Source: Lytechinus pictus
Lineage: Eukaryota
Direction of reading: 5' to 3'
Assembly: GCF_037042905.1 (NCBI RefSeq)
Contig: NC_087249.1
Span: forward strand, 7,504,001 to 7,568,000
DNA: 64,000 nt
In this document: positions 12,451 to 26,982 of the stretch, one piece after another
Layout of the letters: every line of letters starts with the position of its first letter
How positions within the stretch are numbered: the stretch's first letter is position 1
Notes under the pieces: generated by a model
Told to the model about the DNA's origin: nothing
Databases searched by the model: none
Seen by the model: only the letters and a program-made list of their open reading frames with translations
Translations under genes and position numbers: made by a program

Positions 12451-13706
12451 CAGGGCAGTACTTTGCCATCAGGCTTCGTGTGATTTGGGTGTTCAAACCT
12501 TTTCTGACAATTCTTGTCAAAACCGTTTCAAAACTCCGCATCGCAGACACGTGCACTGATCAATGACCTCCTCAAGGGGTAGCAACTTTTATTATTTCAT
12601 GTTTTATTTTTATTAAAGAAATGTATATATTCCCCAACCAATACTAAACAATTTTTAGGCAAAGATAACACAAAAACAATGATGCCAAATGTTTCGGTTA
12701 AACGCTCGTTCATTTGATGAATGGCAGTGTGTCTACATTCCGTTCGTCTCCATATCAGGGTTGTGTATCTACAATATAAAAGGTTATTATATTTTCGTGA
12801 ATATCATAAATATCATAAACGGAAAGAGTGACAAAAAATTACTGTTTTAGGATTAGCCGGCTGATCGAGAAATAATGGTGAAATTTCGGCAACCTTGTTT
12901 TCAGAGACATCTGAATAATTGGCGATTTGTGGGCAGACGAATGTCATCAAAAGTAAACTCTGACACCATCCCACGCATTTGAATCTAACTAAATTGGCGT
13001 GATATTTTGAATTTTAATCATTCTCTTCTCTTATCATGTTTGCCTTTTTGAAAATAAATCTTATTTTTAAAATCCTGGTGCCGCCACTGGCGAGAGGGAG
13101 AGTGAGAAAAAGCGGGAGAGGGATGAAAAATATCGAGAAGGGTACATTTAACTCTCAAGAAAAAACCTACAGGCAGTCTGTCACATTCACCACTTTTGAT
13201 TCCAAATTACGCACTGCGTCATCGAGCAGACAGTTCAGTCATTTCCATCAAGGTAGGGTAGTTAATATCTTGCGATTAGATCTTTTTTTAAAGAAACACT
13301 TAATTGAGGAGAGGGTGGATGATATATATATATATATATATGTTAAAAACATGAGACCGCTTGGGTAACTATTGATATCTTACGTCAGTTAAATGGATGC
13401 GAACTGCTTATCTGTCACCCTGAATCTTGCGTGTCCAACCATGGACCTATTACAACTCACACCATCAAAACATAGCCCGTATTGACAGCTAGAATAGACG
13501 GTCATTGAACTATTGCGCGATCCTATATATGTACTGAGATTTCTGTATTTTAACATACTTAGCTTCTATGGTTTCGTATGAAGGAATTCAGTCATTTAAA
13601 ATATGATGAGAAATGCTGACTCTAAACCAAAAAATCAACAAAATAATAATCGATGAAGTAACGACCTTGGTAATCCGTAAATGGGTATTTCAGTTTCAGT
13701 GTTTAA

Positions 13707-14880
13707 TACCCTTTCATAAACCCAATAAAACCTATCCTCCAATTAGCTGCCTAATAAGAGTAATGCGGATAATTCAATAAAAACTGCGTTCACAAACTCC
13801 GAAAATTATCCGCATTATTTTTACGAGCGCCCGTCCTGAAAAAGGCGGATAATCGTCATGACAACTGGACACGCCCCCTCCGGTGCGGTTGTGTTGGAAA
13901 AGGGTGACCTTGTGACCGCACCATGGCAATTATCCGCATTATTTGGAAATACGTTCATAAACTAAAAATCTTGTCCCGATGCCGCTATTATGCGGATAAT
14001 AGCAGCATCAGAATAATGCGGATAACTCTTGTCCTCCTCTGATTTTACGACCAAATTATGCTGCTATTAGCCGCATAATTGGGTTTTATTGGGTTTATGA
14101 AAGGGTAATACCCCTTTTATAAACCTATCCTCCAATTAGCCGCCTAATAGTAATGCGGATAATTCAATAAAAATTGCGTTCACAAACTCCGAAAATTATC
14201 CGCATTATTTTTACGAGCGCCCGTCCTGAAAAAGGCGGATAATCGTCATGACAACTGGACACGCCCCCTCCGATGCGGTTGTGTTGGAAAAGGGTGACCT
14301 TGTGACCGTACCATGGCAATTATCCGCATTATTTGGAAATACGTTCATAAACTAAAAATCTTGTCCCGATGCCGCTATTATGCGGATAATATAGCAGCAT
14401 CAGAATAATGCGGATAACTCTTGTCCTCCTCTGATTTTACGACCAAATTATGCTGCTATTAGCCGCATAATTGGGTTTTATTGGGTTTATGAAAGGGTAA
14501 TACCCCTTTCATAAACCTATCCTCCAATTAGCCGCCTAATAGTAATGCGGATAATTCAATAAAAAATGCGTTCACAAACTCCGAAAATTATCCGCATTAT
14601 TTTTACGAGCGCCCGTCCTGAAAAAGGCGGATAATCGTCATGACAACTGGACACGCCCCCTCCGATGCGGTTGTGTTGGAAAAGGGTGACCTTGTGACCG
14701 CACCATGGCAATTATCCGCATTATTTGGAAATACGTTCATAACCTCAAAATCTTGTCCCGATGCTGCTATTATGCGGATGATTGCAGCATCAAAATAATG
14801 CGGATAACTCTGGTCCTCCTCCGATTTAACGACCAAATTATGCTGCTATTAGCCGCATAATTGGGTTTATGAAAGGGGTA
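13707..14880. repeat. Three head-to-tail copies of a ~390-bp palindromic MITE (13707-14107, 14109-14499, 14501-14880)
   Basis: Each unit runs TACCC(C)TTT(C/T)ATAAACC to GGTTTATGAAAG(G)GGTA, with near-identical interiors. Confidence 0.93.
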
Positions 14881-15087
14881 TAAGTCAGTCTAAATCGTCG
14901 TCGTAAATAACGGAAAATTTTATCAGTCTTTCCTTTGCGTTTGGATTTATTCAAATTAATACAATTATATGGAAATGTGTCCTCATCAATATTTTGTATC
15001 AACTTCCAAACACCACGTTCTTCGATCTGCAGACTTTTGCTATATTCGATAACCAACCTTGATTACTGCGATTGTTGTCTTTCTTAA

Positions 15088-15689
15088 AGGGACGGTCCGG
15101 GCTACAAATATTTATATCCTAATGAATAGAGTAAAATTCATTAAGCAAAATGCTGAAAATTTCATCGAAATCGGATAACAAATAGCGAATTTATTGAATT
15201 TTAAAGTTTATCAATATTTAGTGAAAACAGTTATATACACATCATCATGAATATTCATTAGGTGGGCTGAGGATGTCACATCCCAACTTTCCTTTTTCTT
15301 ATGTTGTTACATGAAATCATAAATGGTTCATCTTGTCATACATGTGTTAATGATGTGTCTTCATTATGAAGAAATAAGTTTTGGCAATACAATGCACTCA
15401 CATAATCAGTTATCAATCCAATTGTTTTAGTTCTTGGTAGAACAATTTTGAATAAACCTGATTTCATACAATAAAATACAAAAGAACAAGTGGGGATATG
15501 ACATCATCAGCCCAACTAATGAATATTCATAAAGACATGCCTTGAACCGTTTCACCGGAATAATGCACATCTTTAAAATTCAATAACTTCGTAATTTGTT
15601 ATCCGATTTTAATCAGATTTTTAACAATTAGCCCTGTGAATTTTACTCTATTTATTTAGATATTAATATCTCCAGCCTGGACCATCCCT
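15088..15689. mobile_element. TTAA-flanked (Kolobok-like) MITE
   Basis: TTAA|AGGGACGGTCCGGGCT...AGCCTGGACCATCCCT|TTAA. Confidence 0.85.
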
Positions 15690-17163
15690 TTAAGGCTTAC
15701 AGCACGAAATGTCGATAATAACAAAATTTTCTGCACATTCATAATGCATAAGGCATTAACATGATAATACTTTCAAGTAATATTCGCTAATATCATCAAT
15801 GCATTATGCATATCACAAAATTTGCTTATAATCATCGTTCGTATAATCCGATTCTGTAATCGTTGCAGGAGTAATCCATTCCAAGTCATGCATAAGATTT
15901 TTTTTTAAGTTGTTGCGTTGTAAATGAGATATCACTGAAGATTTTTGGCGATTAAAGAAAAACGTCTTCTTTTCGAACTGCTTTATATACAACTTGCTTT
16001 GGAAGTGGTCACCCCGGAGATTCGAATCTAATCCCCCATTTCTGGGGAAAGTAAAGCATAATGCCCATTACATTGTGTGCTAGAGGCATATCGTCTGTGT
16101 AGGAGTTAACAAAAGATAAAACACCGCACGTATACATGCTGTGTACACAATCAACGCATGCGAAATGGTTTCGGCTGGAGAGGTGATTTGATCCATGGAA
16201 TCAATTGCCAGAGATCCACCAATAATCCACATTAAATGCAATATCGATTCGATGGACTGTAATGATCTATATCTAAGCCTTAATTCAGTAACTTTTTCCT
16301 CACTCAATATGTACTCGATTTGTTTGAAAAACCACTTTCTTATCCATGTCATGATCTATTTTAGGTCCTGCATTTCGAATATCTCCTGCCATCAGTCGTA
16401 ATGTACATGCATGTATGGTGCGGGTGTCGCGGGAAAGAATTTTGCACACGAAAAGCAGATCTGTAGGGCCTGTAACCCCCCCCCCTGTAACACAAAGCTT
16501 AGCATTGATTGTAGAGCAGTTTTCTACGTTTGATTCTATTGACTATAATGTACAATCAACTTAAACATCGAGTGTATGATTAAGCGTTAACTCTTGTGTT
16601 AGGGGACCCTAATATTAGCGTCCGTGAGGATTGCGAAAGGTGGCAAGCCATTCAACTTGTGTGAGGCCTATGCCTTTCTGATCGGCCAACTCAATACCTT
16701 CGTAACAGAAGTTGCATTGAAAATCAACGCTGCCAATAACTATTCTAGTTCTGCTGATCAACCGCATCGCTGCTGTAACTTCAACCTCCGTTGCTGTATT
16801 GATGGCTTTTGACATAATTATTGGGTATGTGATCTGGGGGTCTAGGGAGATTTGCATACGGTATAATAATCTTACAAGCTTGAAGCTCTTGAGATTTCAA
16901 GTCTCTATGATCAACATTTCAATTTAACATTAATTTGTATTTCCAAGGGTGAAGGCATCAATACATTTCTAAAAGTCATAGGCCTAACCAATGGAGGTAA
17001 TACTCAGCAATTATGTATTTGTTTTAACTTAAGACAGAGAAAGAGAAAGTCAATAAAGGAACAGAGAGAGAGAGAGAGAGAGAGAGTACAAGAGAGGAGA
17101 GAGAAAATGCGAGAGGGGCGGAGAGGAGGGGGGGGGGGGGTAACTACATAAAGGAACAGAGAT

Positions 17164-17931
17164 TAGGTGGTTTCAAACCGCCTCGATCACAAGAATCCCC
17201 GTTAAATTACGAGAACTTTTTTAGGCTGAAAAATACCCATTAATTATTCCTGCATTCACACCGCCCTGAAACATACCCTTCGGGATAAGTTCCTGAAGTT
17301 ACGAGCATGCGCAGTATGGTCTGATAAGCAGCAAGGCGCGAAATTCAAAATCACTAGCCCAGCAGCAACCCATGCACAGCGCCGCACCCAACGACACGCT
17401 GGGCTAAAAGTTCCCGTAATTTGCTTTCAGACCGCCAAAATACCCACGACCTTGGAAAAATCCCCGCGAAAGTTCTCGTAATTTCGCCAAGTACCTACTA
17501 TTTATCGGGTATTTTCTTTCGGGGATATTACGCGTAGTTTGCTTTCACACCGCCAAAATACCTGGTATTTTCTGATCGGGGTAAATTCCCCGATCAGAGA
17601 ATACCTGGAACTGGCGAACTTCGAGGCGGTCTGAGCTAGAGCAAGAGGGAGAGGGCAGATAGGTCTGAAAGCAAATTACGGGAACTTTTAGCCCAGCGTG
17701 TCGTTGGGTGCGGCGCCGTGCATGGGTTGCTGCTGGGCTAGTGATTTTGAATTTCGCGCCTTGCTGCTTATCAGACCATACTGCGCATGCTCGTAACTTC
17801 AGGAACTTATCCCGAAGGGTATATTTCAGGGCGGTGTGAATGCAGGAATAATTAATGAGTATTTTTCAGCCTAAAAAAGTTCTCGTAATTTAACGGGGAT
17901 TTTTGTGATCGAGGCGGTTTGAAACCACCTA
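17164..17931. mobile_element. MITE (17164-17634) followed by an inverted partial copy (17662-17931)
   Basis: 17164-17433 is the near-perfect reverse complement of 17662-17931. Confidence 0.85.
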
Positions 17932-20900
17932 GAGGGTGAGATCGAGGGGGGGGGGTGGCCAGGACATTATGCGAGTCCATTCATTCATGTTTCATTAGAG
18001 ATTGTGCTAAGAGAGAGGAAGGGAGAGAGATTTGCACTAGAGATGGGAAGAGAGAAATCGAAACTTGAGAAATGGAGTCCATTCATTTATGGACTAGAGT
18101 GTGCTCCTCCATTCATCATGTGCAAATTGATGAAGCTATAGAACTATCCATGCGCCTGCGCACTTTATCAACTTATGAATAATTCATGTACCATAGCGTT
18201 TCCATGTACGGAAAAATATTCGCTTCCGGGGAGCAACAAAATTGCCTGGCATTCAAGGAATGTTGCCTACCCGGGCCCCTCCGATTTTGTTAGAGGGACA
18301 CATACGCACCACCCATCTCACACTGCACCTAGCACACTTAAAAGTGGGAATGGTGATATGTTATGGTCTATTTAGTCAGAATACGCCTCATGAATATTCA
18401 TGGACACAAAACTGTGGGATATATCGTAATAGACCAGTTCGTAGTTACTTCATGGACAATTTTGGTCAAACGACCTTTCATTTCTTTCATTATGATAGAC
18501 AGATTTCAAAGGAAGATATTACGTAAGCTTGCCTTACATAGCAGGATGAAGAAATTGAATAGACCAGGTGACTAGAATAGCACACAAATGAACACTCTAT
18601 TAAGGTATTTGTTGCATTCCTACTTTGAATGCATATCATAGCATGTTGCACAATGTACCTGGCAAACTGTGAAATACCAGTCGTTCGTTGACGCATTGTT
18701 GTTTTTTGTGGATGTAAATGAAAACCACAATCCAAAAGAATATATGAATAATCAAGACATCAAAGTTGGTGCTTATCTCATTAGATTTTAAACCACCATG
18801 TCACATTAGTACAAATGACATTCCTCTGATCATGCGTATAATATTTTGATCATGCGCAGAAAGGAACTACGAACGTATTTCCAGTTCAGTGCTACGAACT
18901 GGCTTATTTCCGGCCCACCAATCAGCTCGATTGGCGTGCCTAAATCAATAAGCCTATCCTTCAGTGATTATATTCATGGGACGCAGGTTCAAGTCTCGCC
19001 TACAACGATTTTCACAGAAGTTATTTTAAATTGAAAACTGAGGCAAACTCTGAAAAAAATACAAGTCCAAGATTTATAATCTCATTCAAAGCTTCTAAAG
19101 AAAAGTGTGTTATATGGTCATTCTCATTGCCCTCTCGCATCGGGCATGTGGGGTGCACAAGTACTGAAGTCTGGCTCGTCAAGTGCTCTGAAATGAAAAC
19201 TTTTCTTGCCCCGTCATTACACACTACTAATAAGCTTTCAACCAAATTATGCAAGGATTTCTGTAGCTTAAAAAAATAGTCAGTTAAAAAATCATAATTC
19301 TAAAAAATTCATTCTAAACATTCTATAAAAAAAAAACAAAGTAAAATTTTCAATTTCATATGTGGGTATACTCTCTGTGGAACGATTTACCCATTGGTAT
19401 TACAACAAAGCCATCTGTGTTTTCTTTCAGAAGAGCGCATGAAGAGTTGCTATTGAATGAATGAATGAATTCAATTTCAATTTATTTTTCATTCAACATA
19501 ATACAAATAAATACATGATAAATTAATTCAATTTAAATAAAAGCATGAACAAAATTCAACATTAAATAAATGATATACATATTCAATAAGTGATTCAAAT
19601 ATAAATCAACATGCATGTCAAATTTAAATCAATATAATAATTAAATCAATATAATCATATATCATGAGAAGAATGGAGGAGTCCACTGAAAAGCAAAGCT
19701 TGTAAAATGAATGAATGGAGAGCAACTTAAGATTATATTGTATTTTGTATAGTCGTATAGTCGTCAATCCACTCTTACTACTCTAAATGTCATTTTTATC
19801 GTGTATATTCAACTTTATTTGTGTGAGTTACAAAGTGTATATAATTCATTAATACTTTTTTTTTACAACTAGACAAATAAATTGTATTTGAGCATTTAAA
19901 GATACCAGCCCCGACTAGCATTCATGCTATTCTGGTACCTATTAACCTGTAAACTATTTTTTTATTATAGTTCTTTGATGTACGGCTTTTTATGCTGTAA
20001 CTGTTGTTTTTTTTTTGGATAAAAAATCAAGTTCAGTTAGGTTCAGTTCATTTGTTTTCTGAGGGAAATGTGAGCTCATGCGAGGAACATGAAGTAATTC
20101 TTTTCATTTTGCGTAATTATGATTGCCCGCAAACTTCCCCTTTTTGTCCTCGCTCGAATCAATTTACCTTTGTAAATATACATTCAATGAATGCACGTTA
20201 TTTGCCCAGGGTGTTTGATGTGCATAGAAAGACACACGTCTTTATTAAATTCAAACATAGAAATGTGCTTAAACCACTTGGAGGACGCATTTCGAGACGA
20301 AAACTCTCCGTGAACAGACACCGGCTCCAACAATCCCAAACAGGTAGGCCATATTTTATCTCTAATTTCATCATTGTATCCATTTTAGCTAAAACTCACG
20401 AAAATTTACCATCTACTTTGGCCATGTTATATAGTTTATGGATGTTTATAATCGTCTTTATTTTCTTTTTTACCCTCTTTCGATAGATATATACTAGGAG
20501 TGATAGTTTTCTGTAAAGGTGCGTCACTCTGGCATAACTGGGTCGACAAATTTGTGCCCCGTGCACCTGCCATTGCGTATATATTAGAAACGTTGCCTTC
20601 ATTAAGTGTTCCTTTTTGCTGTTTCGTTTTTACATTTGGTTGTTGTAGTTGTTTTTTTAAATACTTAGAGTTAACTAAGATATTCTATCTACTCTGGTAT
20701 CTATATACCTGTCCCATCGACCAATTTTCACTCTATGCATGTCATGCATGTCGGCCGACCTTGTACTTTTTGCTCTTGTAAGCCATCTCAAACTTAGGGG
20801 AAACACTTAGTTATGGAGAACAATTTCTGAGCAATCGAAGAACATACAGTGAGCGTCAGTGTCATCAGTGGAAGAGGATAGGTTCTACGTGGATGTGTTT

Positions 20901-21700
20901 TATCAAATTTTACAGAACTAAAAGATCAGAATTTCATAAATGATAAACTCCTTGAACTGTCCTTTAATATCGAAAGACGTACGTGACCCATGCTTCGAAC
21001 TCGAGCCTCCGCCATGTCCGCCGTGAGTTGTAACTTTCCCCACGTAGCACGGGTTGCTGGCGCACGACACAGCCGTGACAGTACCTATATTAATAGAGCC
21101 ATGTTTGAGGCAAAACTCTGATAACATGAATATATTTGCTATATATTATTAGGAAGATATGAGGATATATGTTGCCATGGCTTTGGAAAGCGGGTACTGA
21201 TCAGCACCCCCTAATATTTTGTTTGGGGGGGGGGGGTGTTACACCATACAGCACCCCCTGGAAATTAGGTTGGTATGCTCAAATGTACAGATCCCCTTCA
21301 TTTGGAGTGATTTTTTTTGGGGTGAGGGGGTGTTCTTGTTAACAAACCAGCACCCCCTCTTAAAAAAAAACTCATTCCCAGACCCCTCTGTGTTGTCCAG
21401 AAAACAGATTCATCACAGGTGCAGGACAACCTCCACGACCTTATACACTCATCGTCATGAATACTAGCATTTCCCAACTCCTAAATCAGTAGGTCTATTT
21501 CGTGGGTTGAACAAGTACCATGCACAGGACCCTGCATGTGTCGATTAAGGAGATCACGACACGAATCTTGCGTCTGTCTCTTTGATGTTTGAGTGATACA
21601 ATAAGTCACCCATTTCAATTACATTCTTCATTTAGATGCAGTTACTCAGATGCAGTTACTTAGATCAGTAACTTTATCTAGCATTCAGAATCAACCTACC

Positions 21701-21850
21701 TATCGTGGTCTAGTGGTTACCGACTCTCGTCTTTCAATCAGAGGGACGTGGATTCGAATCCCAGCCATGGTGTTGTTTCCCTCTGCAAGAAATTTACCCA
21801 CATTGTGCAATGTGCTGCACTCGACCCAGGTGAGGTGAGTGGGTACCCGT
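21701..21850 (+). mobile_element. 5' part of a tRNA-derived SINE
   Basis: A box TGGTCTAGTGG and B box GATTCGAATCC; the core is shared with 1318-1545. Confidence 0.75.
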
Positions 21851-24800
21851 TAGAATCCATTTCGTATTAAACCGCAGGTAAAGATAGGCTATATACTTTC
21901 CATTCCGTCACAAATGCCTGCATCACATACATAGTTCATCCATCTCTTGAGGTAAAAAGCATATTCAATATTTGTATTCTTTACATTCCACGGATACTAA
22001 TATCTATATTCGCTACTTTGTACCTTGGGTAAGCAATAAACTTTATTGCTTACCAAAGGTACAAAGTAGCGAGAATGTTCTTGAGTGTGATTTGCATGTA
22101 TTATCCTATATGCAGCTCAAATACATTACTTATCAACATCATACGCTTGTATAACCTCCATTAATGTGTACTCATATTGAAATTATCCGTAACTCAACTA
22201 TTTTTCCCTTGAAACAGTAAGTATTTCATGCCTTGCTTCCGACCCCATCCCTTCAGTTTATCTTGCTTTTTAGGTATTACGGACTTATGGAATATAAAAA
22301 AAGTCACCCTTTTATTTTTACCATCTGCCTATGCATGTTATACTTTTACCCACTTCCACTTCATTTAACCAGAAATAAAATCTTGCCCTTGAATTTAATG
22401 ACAAAGTTTTTAGTTATTTTGAATACTTTTCTGCAACTCTTCTGCCTGTACATTTGGTAACTTTAAGAACATAATTTTGATGTCTGTTTTGTAGCTGCAT
22501 TTGTAATGCCAACCGAATAAAAATATTTACCATAACTATTCTAAATTCAAGTGATACATCGGACACCGTCACAATATTCAGGTGAGCCGGAAAAGTCATG
22601 CACTTTTTTTTTGTCTGGATCGAGTCCTTTGCTTCCCCCATCACTCTTGAAAACACAATGTACCCAGGCCACCTTTTTCCTGCCGTTCACGGTCATTTAG
22701 CATGTTTAGGGTGTCACAATGTCAAGTGGCGGATTCACTGGTGGTTCAACATGTGCAACGCAACACATCGCTCGGTGTGGCTTTTCTCACCCACATCAGC
22801 TATGGTAGGCCATCTACACCATCAGTCAACGGCTCCTCGAAACCGCTGTGAATTCCGTCCAGTCGTAGACGCATGCATGATACTCGGATGGACAATGCGT
22901 GGGTAGTTGTTGACTTCTGAGATAGACAGCCCGCCACAGTCAATCGTCCTCTGTGGTAACTTTGGCTAGCCAAATTGGAATCAATTGTAATAATTGATTA
23001 TATCTCTTTATAATTTCACTAGCGTAACCAGCATCAACTCTGACAAAGAAATGAATGGGCCAATGCACAAGCATATAGAGTCACTATTGTCTCCAGACGA
23101 TTGGGCCCCTGAAATGCTTTGTAGGATCTGATGCTGGGTACGATTTCGACCTAAATCTCTTCTGCTCGTTCTCCTGAGCCTCAGATTGATATCGAAATCG
23201 GATATACGTCGTCGGTTGAAACTGTAGAGGTTATTTCAGTAAATGTTGGAATTGATACCAAATGCATGAAAGGGAATGCGTTGCTGTCGACGATTCGCCA
23301 TCCAAGAGTTAATTTCGAAGGTTTCGACAGCCTTGGAGTTGGTTATAAGGAGGGAACAATTTCTAGACTGGAGCAGTACCTGGAAAGAAGATGTAAAGGT
23401 AGGTTTCCATTTTTAACCTCGATCGAGTTCAGCAAAAGGATACGTCGATTGGATCCTCCCGTGATTAGGCTGATCAGCCGGCTGAGGGACGGGGAAGTTC
23501 ACCCTGAAGAAGAAAAAAAATGTTGTAAAAATAGCAGAAAAACACCCATGTGTAATAGGAAAATTATCTCAGAAGAAGAGGTAAAAATTATGTGGTTAAT
23601 AAATTATATAGCATTTCACAAAGGGGTTTTGTAAAGTTTCTGGTAAGCATATAACTGTTTCCACAAAATATTGCTGAACATTGAATTTCAATAACTTCGT
23701 TAATTGTTATCAGATTTGAAGAAAGGAATTTTAATCTATTGATTTAATCTTTTTTTCCAGCACGGAGTACCCCTTGGAATAATTAAAAAGATGTTTCTTT
23801 GTGCCGTGGCTTAAACGAAAAGCCTCCACATTTTCTTAAGAGAAGGTAACTTGAACAAAAAAAATCTTAATTTATTCTTTGTCTAACTTGGGGCCCATTA
23901 TGAAAACACATTTCCATCCAATTTCATTATAATAATCTTTTTATCCACAAACCGATCTTTTTTGTCTCCTATTGCTTTCCATTATCCATGTCTCTAGAGT
24001 ACCTTATAAAGTATGACATTCGTCGATGAGGCCATTTGCATTTTTTAATATTTCGGCATGTTTCATTCCTCAAATATGAATAATCACATACGTGGTGTTC
24101 TGATTTTGAGAATGCCAAAGATAAGAAAAAATAGAAACTTTAAACATGAATCTACTTTGATACTTTTCGATCATGACTCAAACTCAAAGCAAGCTGCAAG
24201 TAGTACTGATGTTTGTGAAATATTACTTTTCATATTAAACTATTAAACTATCTAAACTACCCCGCCCCCCCCCCTCCCCTTTAAACAGACTGGTTTGAAG
24301 GCCTTACCATGTCTCTTCATAGCATGGGAATTTTCTCTCTGATAAAGGGGGAAAACGTATTAAACCGATACAGTTCCCAACCCCTCTCTCTCTCTCTCTC
24401 AGAAAAAAAATATATTTTCCGATCACATGACGATTGGGAAAGAAAGGGGACCGACGCCAAACTAAACATGATAAATGGTAAAAAATAAAGTTTTGTATAA
24501 AAGCTAAATCTAATAAATCAAGGCATGCATAGGAGAGAAAAAAAATTAAAGGCCAAATTGTCACAGTTGACTGGAGATATCTTTACATTGCAACACGTCC
24601 CGGGCTTAGCAAACGATTGACAAAATATTTTGAGAACTTATGAAATAAATTGCGTACCAGAAGAAACACGTGGATGATCCATTCCAGCATTCGAAAAAAT
24701 ATATTAAAAAAAACACCCAAACACCCTCAATGAGCCCCAATTTGATCATCTGAGCTGTTCAATTGTGTGTTACCCGTCCATCTTGTGGTTACGATTGAGT

Positions 24801-25037
24801 AGTTTCTCTTTGTTCAGATTGTATCATAATAGACCTGTACACATAATAGAGAAGAGCAGTAGATCTGACATGAGCATAGCCCGGGTATGATAGGCCTGAA
24901 CAATTTCGCACACCGTCATAGATATTCGATATGAAAAGGTGACTTTATACAGAGTTGAACTGGGAATGAATCCGATCATGATAGATCTCTGGTTGCCAAG
25001 AGTAAGACAAACTATACATTCGTGGGCAAATAAATAC

Positions 25038-25423
25038 GGTTTATTTCCAATTCGTCTAATGTCAATTCGTCCAATTGCCAAATCGTCTACTAACATTTGG
25101 TCTACCATCGGTTCGTCCACTCACCACATGGTCTACTTTCATGTAGTCTAATGCCATTCCGTCTAATAACAAGTTGGTGTAATAGCCATTTAGTCCATAT
25201 ACCATTTTGGTCTAATTAAACTAAAGCGTTAATTGTGCAAAGTGAATGAAAAGATATTGGGTATTAGACCAACTGGTTATTAGACGAAATGGTAATAGAC
25301 GAACTGGTGATTGGACGAAGTGATGATTGGACCAAATGGTTGTTCGACTATGGCATTATACTAAATGAAGGTAGACCATGTGATGAGTTGACGAGTTGGC
25401 AGTGGACGAATTGGCAATTTACC
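25038..25423. mobile_element. Palindromic MITE with 8-bp TSD
   Basis: TIR GGTTTATTTCCAATTCGTC/GACGAATTGGCAATTTACC with perfect TSD ATAAATAC at 25030-25037 and 25424-25431. Confidence 0.88.
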
Positions 25424-25740
25424 ATAAATACCGCACATGTTCTTATACCTAGTTCCCACCGCCGCGATCTGCGTCATGATTCAAACAGCGTACTTAATCG
25501 TGGAGTAATCGTAGTGATCCTGTCAGATCGTATTAGATCAGTCGTGGCAATCGTTTTGATCGTAGACAAATTTTGAATGGTTCAACAATTTTCGCGATCA
25601 GTTACGAAAGGCCAATCACGGCGTACGTAAGGGACCACACGGCAGTGGGGACGAAGTATTAGAGAGATCTGTCATACAATTTTTAACGACTGAGATTATT
25701 TCACTTGCATTCAGTGAAATGTATAGTATTGTGTAATTAA

Positions 25741-26300
25741 AGGTCAAGTCCACTTCAGAAAAATGTTGATTTTAATCAATAGAGGAAAATCAGACAAGCA
25801 TAATGCTGAAAATTTCATCAAAATCGGATGTAAAATAAGAAAGTTATCACATTTTAAAGTTTCGCTTATTTTCACCAAATTGTTATATGCACAATTTAGT
25901 CACATGCAAATCGATGATGTCCCTCACTCACTATTTCTTTTGAATTATACATTATTTAAGATTTTTACAGATTTGACAATAAGGACAAACTTGACTGACC
26001 CATCAATGTTAAACAATGGTAATTCAACTTTGTTTCACAGGACAATGGAAAGAAAAAAATTGAATATTTCATATTTCATATAATAAAATACAAAAGAAAA
26101 GTGAGTGAGTGATGTCATCAGTTCCCTCATTTGCATACCGACCGGGATGTGCGTAGAACCGTTTTGTGAAATTAAGCGAAACTTTAAAATGTCATAACTT
26201 TCTTATTTTACATCCGATTTTGATGAAATTTGCAGTGTCATGCTTGTTGGATTTTTCTCTTTTTATTCAAACCAACTTTACGTTGGGGTGGACTTGACCT
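25741..26300. mobile_element. TTAA-flanked (Kolobok-like) MITE
   Basis: TTAA|AGGTCAAGTCCAC...GTGGACTTGACCT|TTAA; same family as 34885-35488 and 63743-64000. Confidence 0.9.
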
Positions 26301-26982
26301 TTAAAATTTGTTCATGCATTTTCGCTTGTCAACGGCAATATTTAAAGAATAAAAAAACACTTATCTATCCATCTGGCCTTGTACATATTGTCAAGTATAT
26401 TTATATCTTAATTTACGAAGAAGTTATATGCATGCAGTGAACTATTTTGACATCCTCGCTCTTCGTGTTGATTTTGTAAAAAGATTTTATTTATTGTGAT
26501 CATAAAGACGTTTACATTAAACAAATCGATGGTTTGCAAAATGTCAAATCGCAGTGCGTGTTTACACTTCACACCATCATGACAGTCAATTTCGATGGCA
26601 AAAGGAGAAAAAAATATAAAGTACGAATAACCCTGGAATATTTTAAGAGTTTTCATTTTATCATTTTTTATTTTATTGTTTTCAAAGAAGAAGAAATAAA
26701 GACAGGAAATGAAATAAGAGGAAGAGGGAAAGGGAAAGGGAAAAGTAGGAGGGGGAAGGAAATGGGGGAGTGGGCCGAGAAGGAGAAAAGGAAGAAGGCG
26801 AAGAAGAAGGAGAAGTATAGAAAATAAAACGAAGAAATAAAGAAGAAAAGTAGTAATGAAAATAATATTATTTCTTTAAAAATATGACCATTTTATGATA
26901 CAATGAATAATTAGATAATTATGATTCTGCTGAATATAGTGACTCCAGTAGGAACACAACATCACACATTTCTACCGCTTAA

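Noticed and set aside
16615..16960. Coding-looking unique stretch with overlapping short ORFs
   Set aside because: No recognisable motif or consistent splice structure in any frame.
20918..21127. EGF-like CASNPC motif after a minus-strand AG
   Set aside because: The remaining EGF cysteines are missing and no partner exons could be linked.
23266..23634. 122-aa plus-strand ORF
   Set aside because: No recognisable domain, and its 3' part runs into a TTAA-type MITE fragment.
24840..25007. Possible non-coding first exon of the SLC43 gene (donor-like A|gtaaga near 25002)
   Set aside because: The acceptor at 28740 makes an upstream exon plausible, but a lone donor motif is not enough without transcript data.
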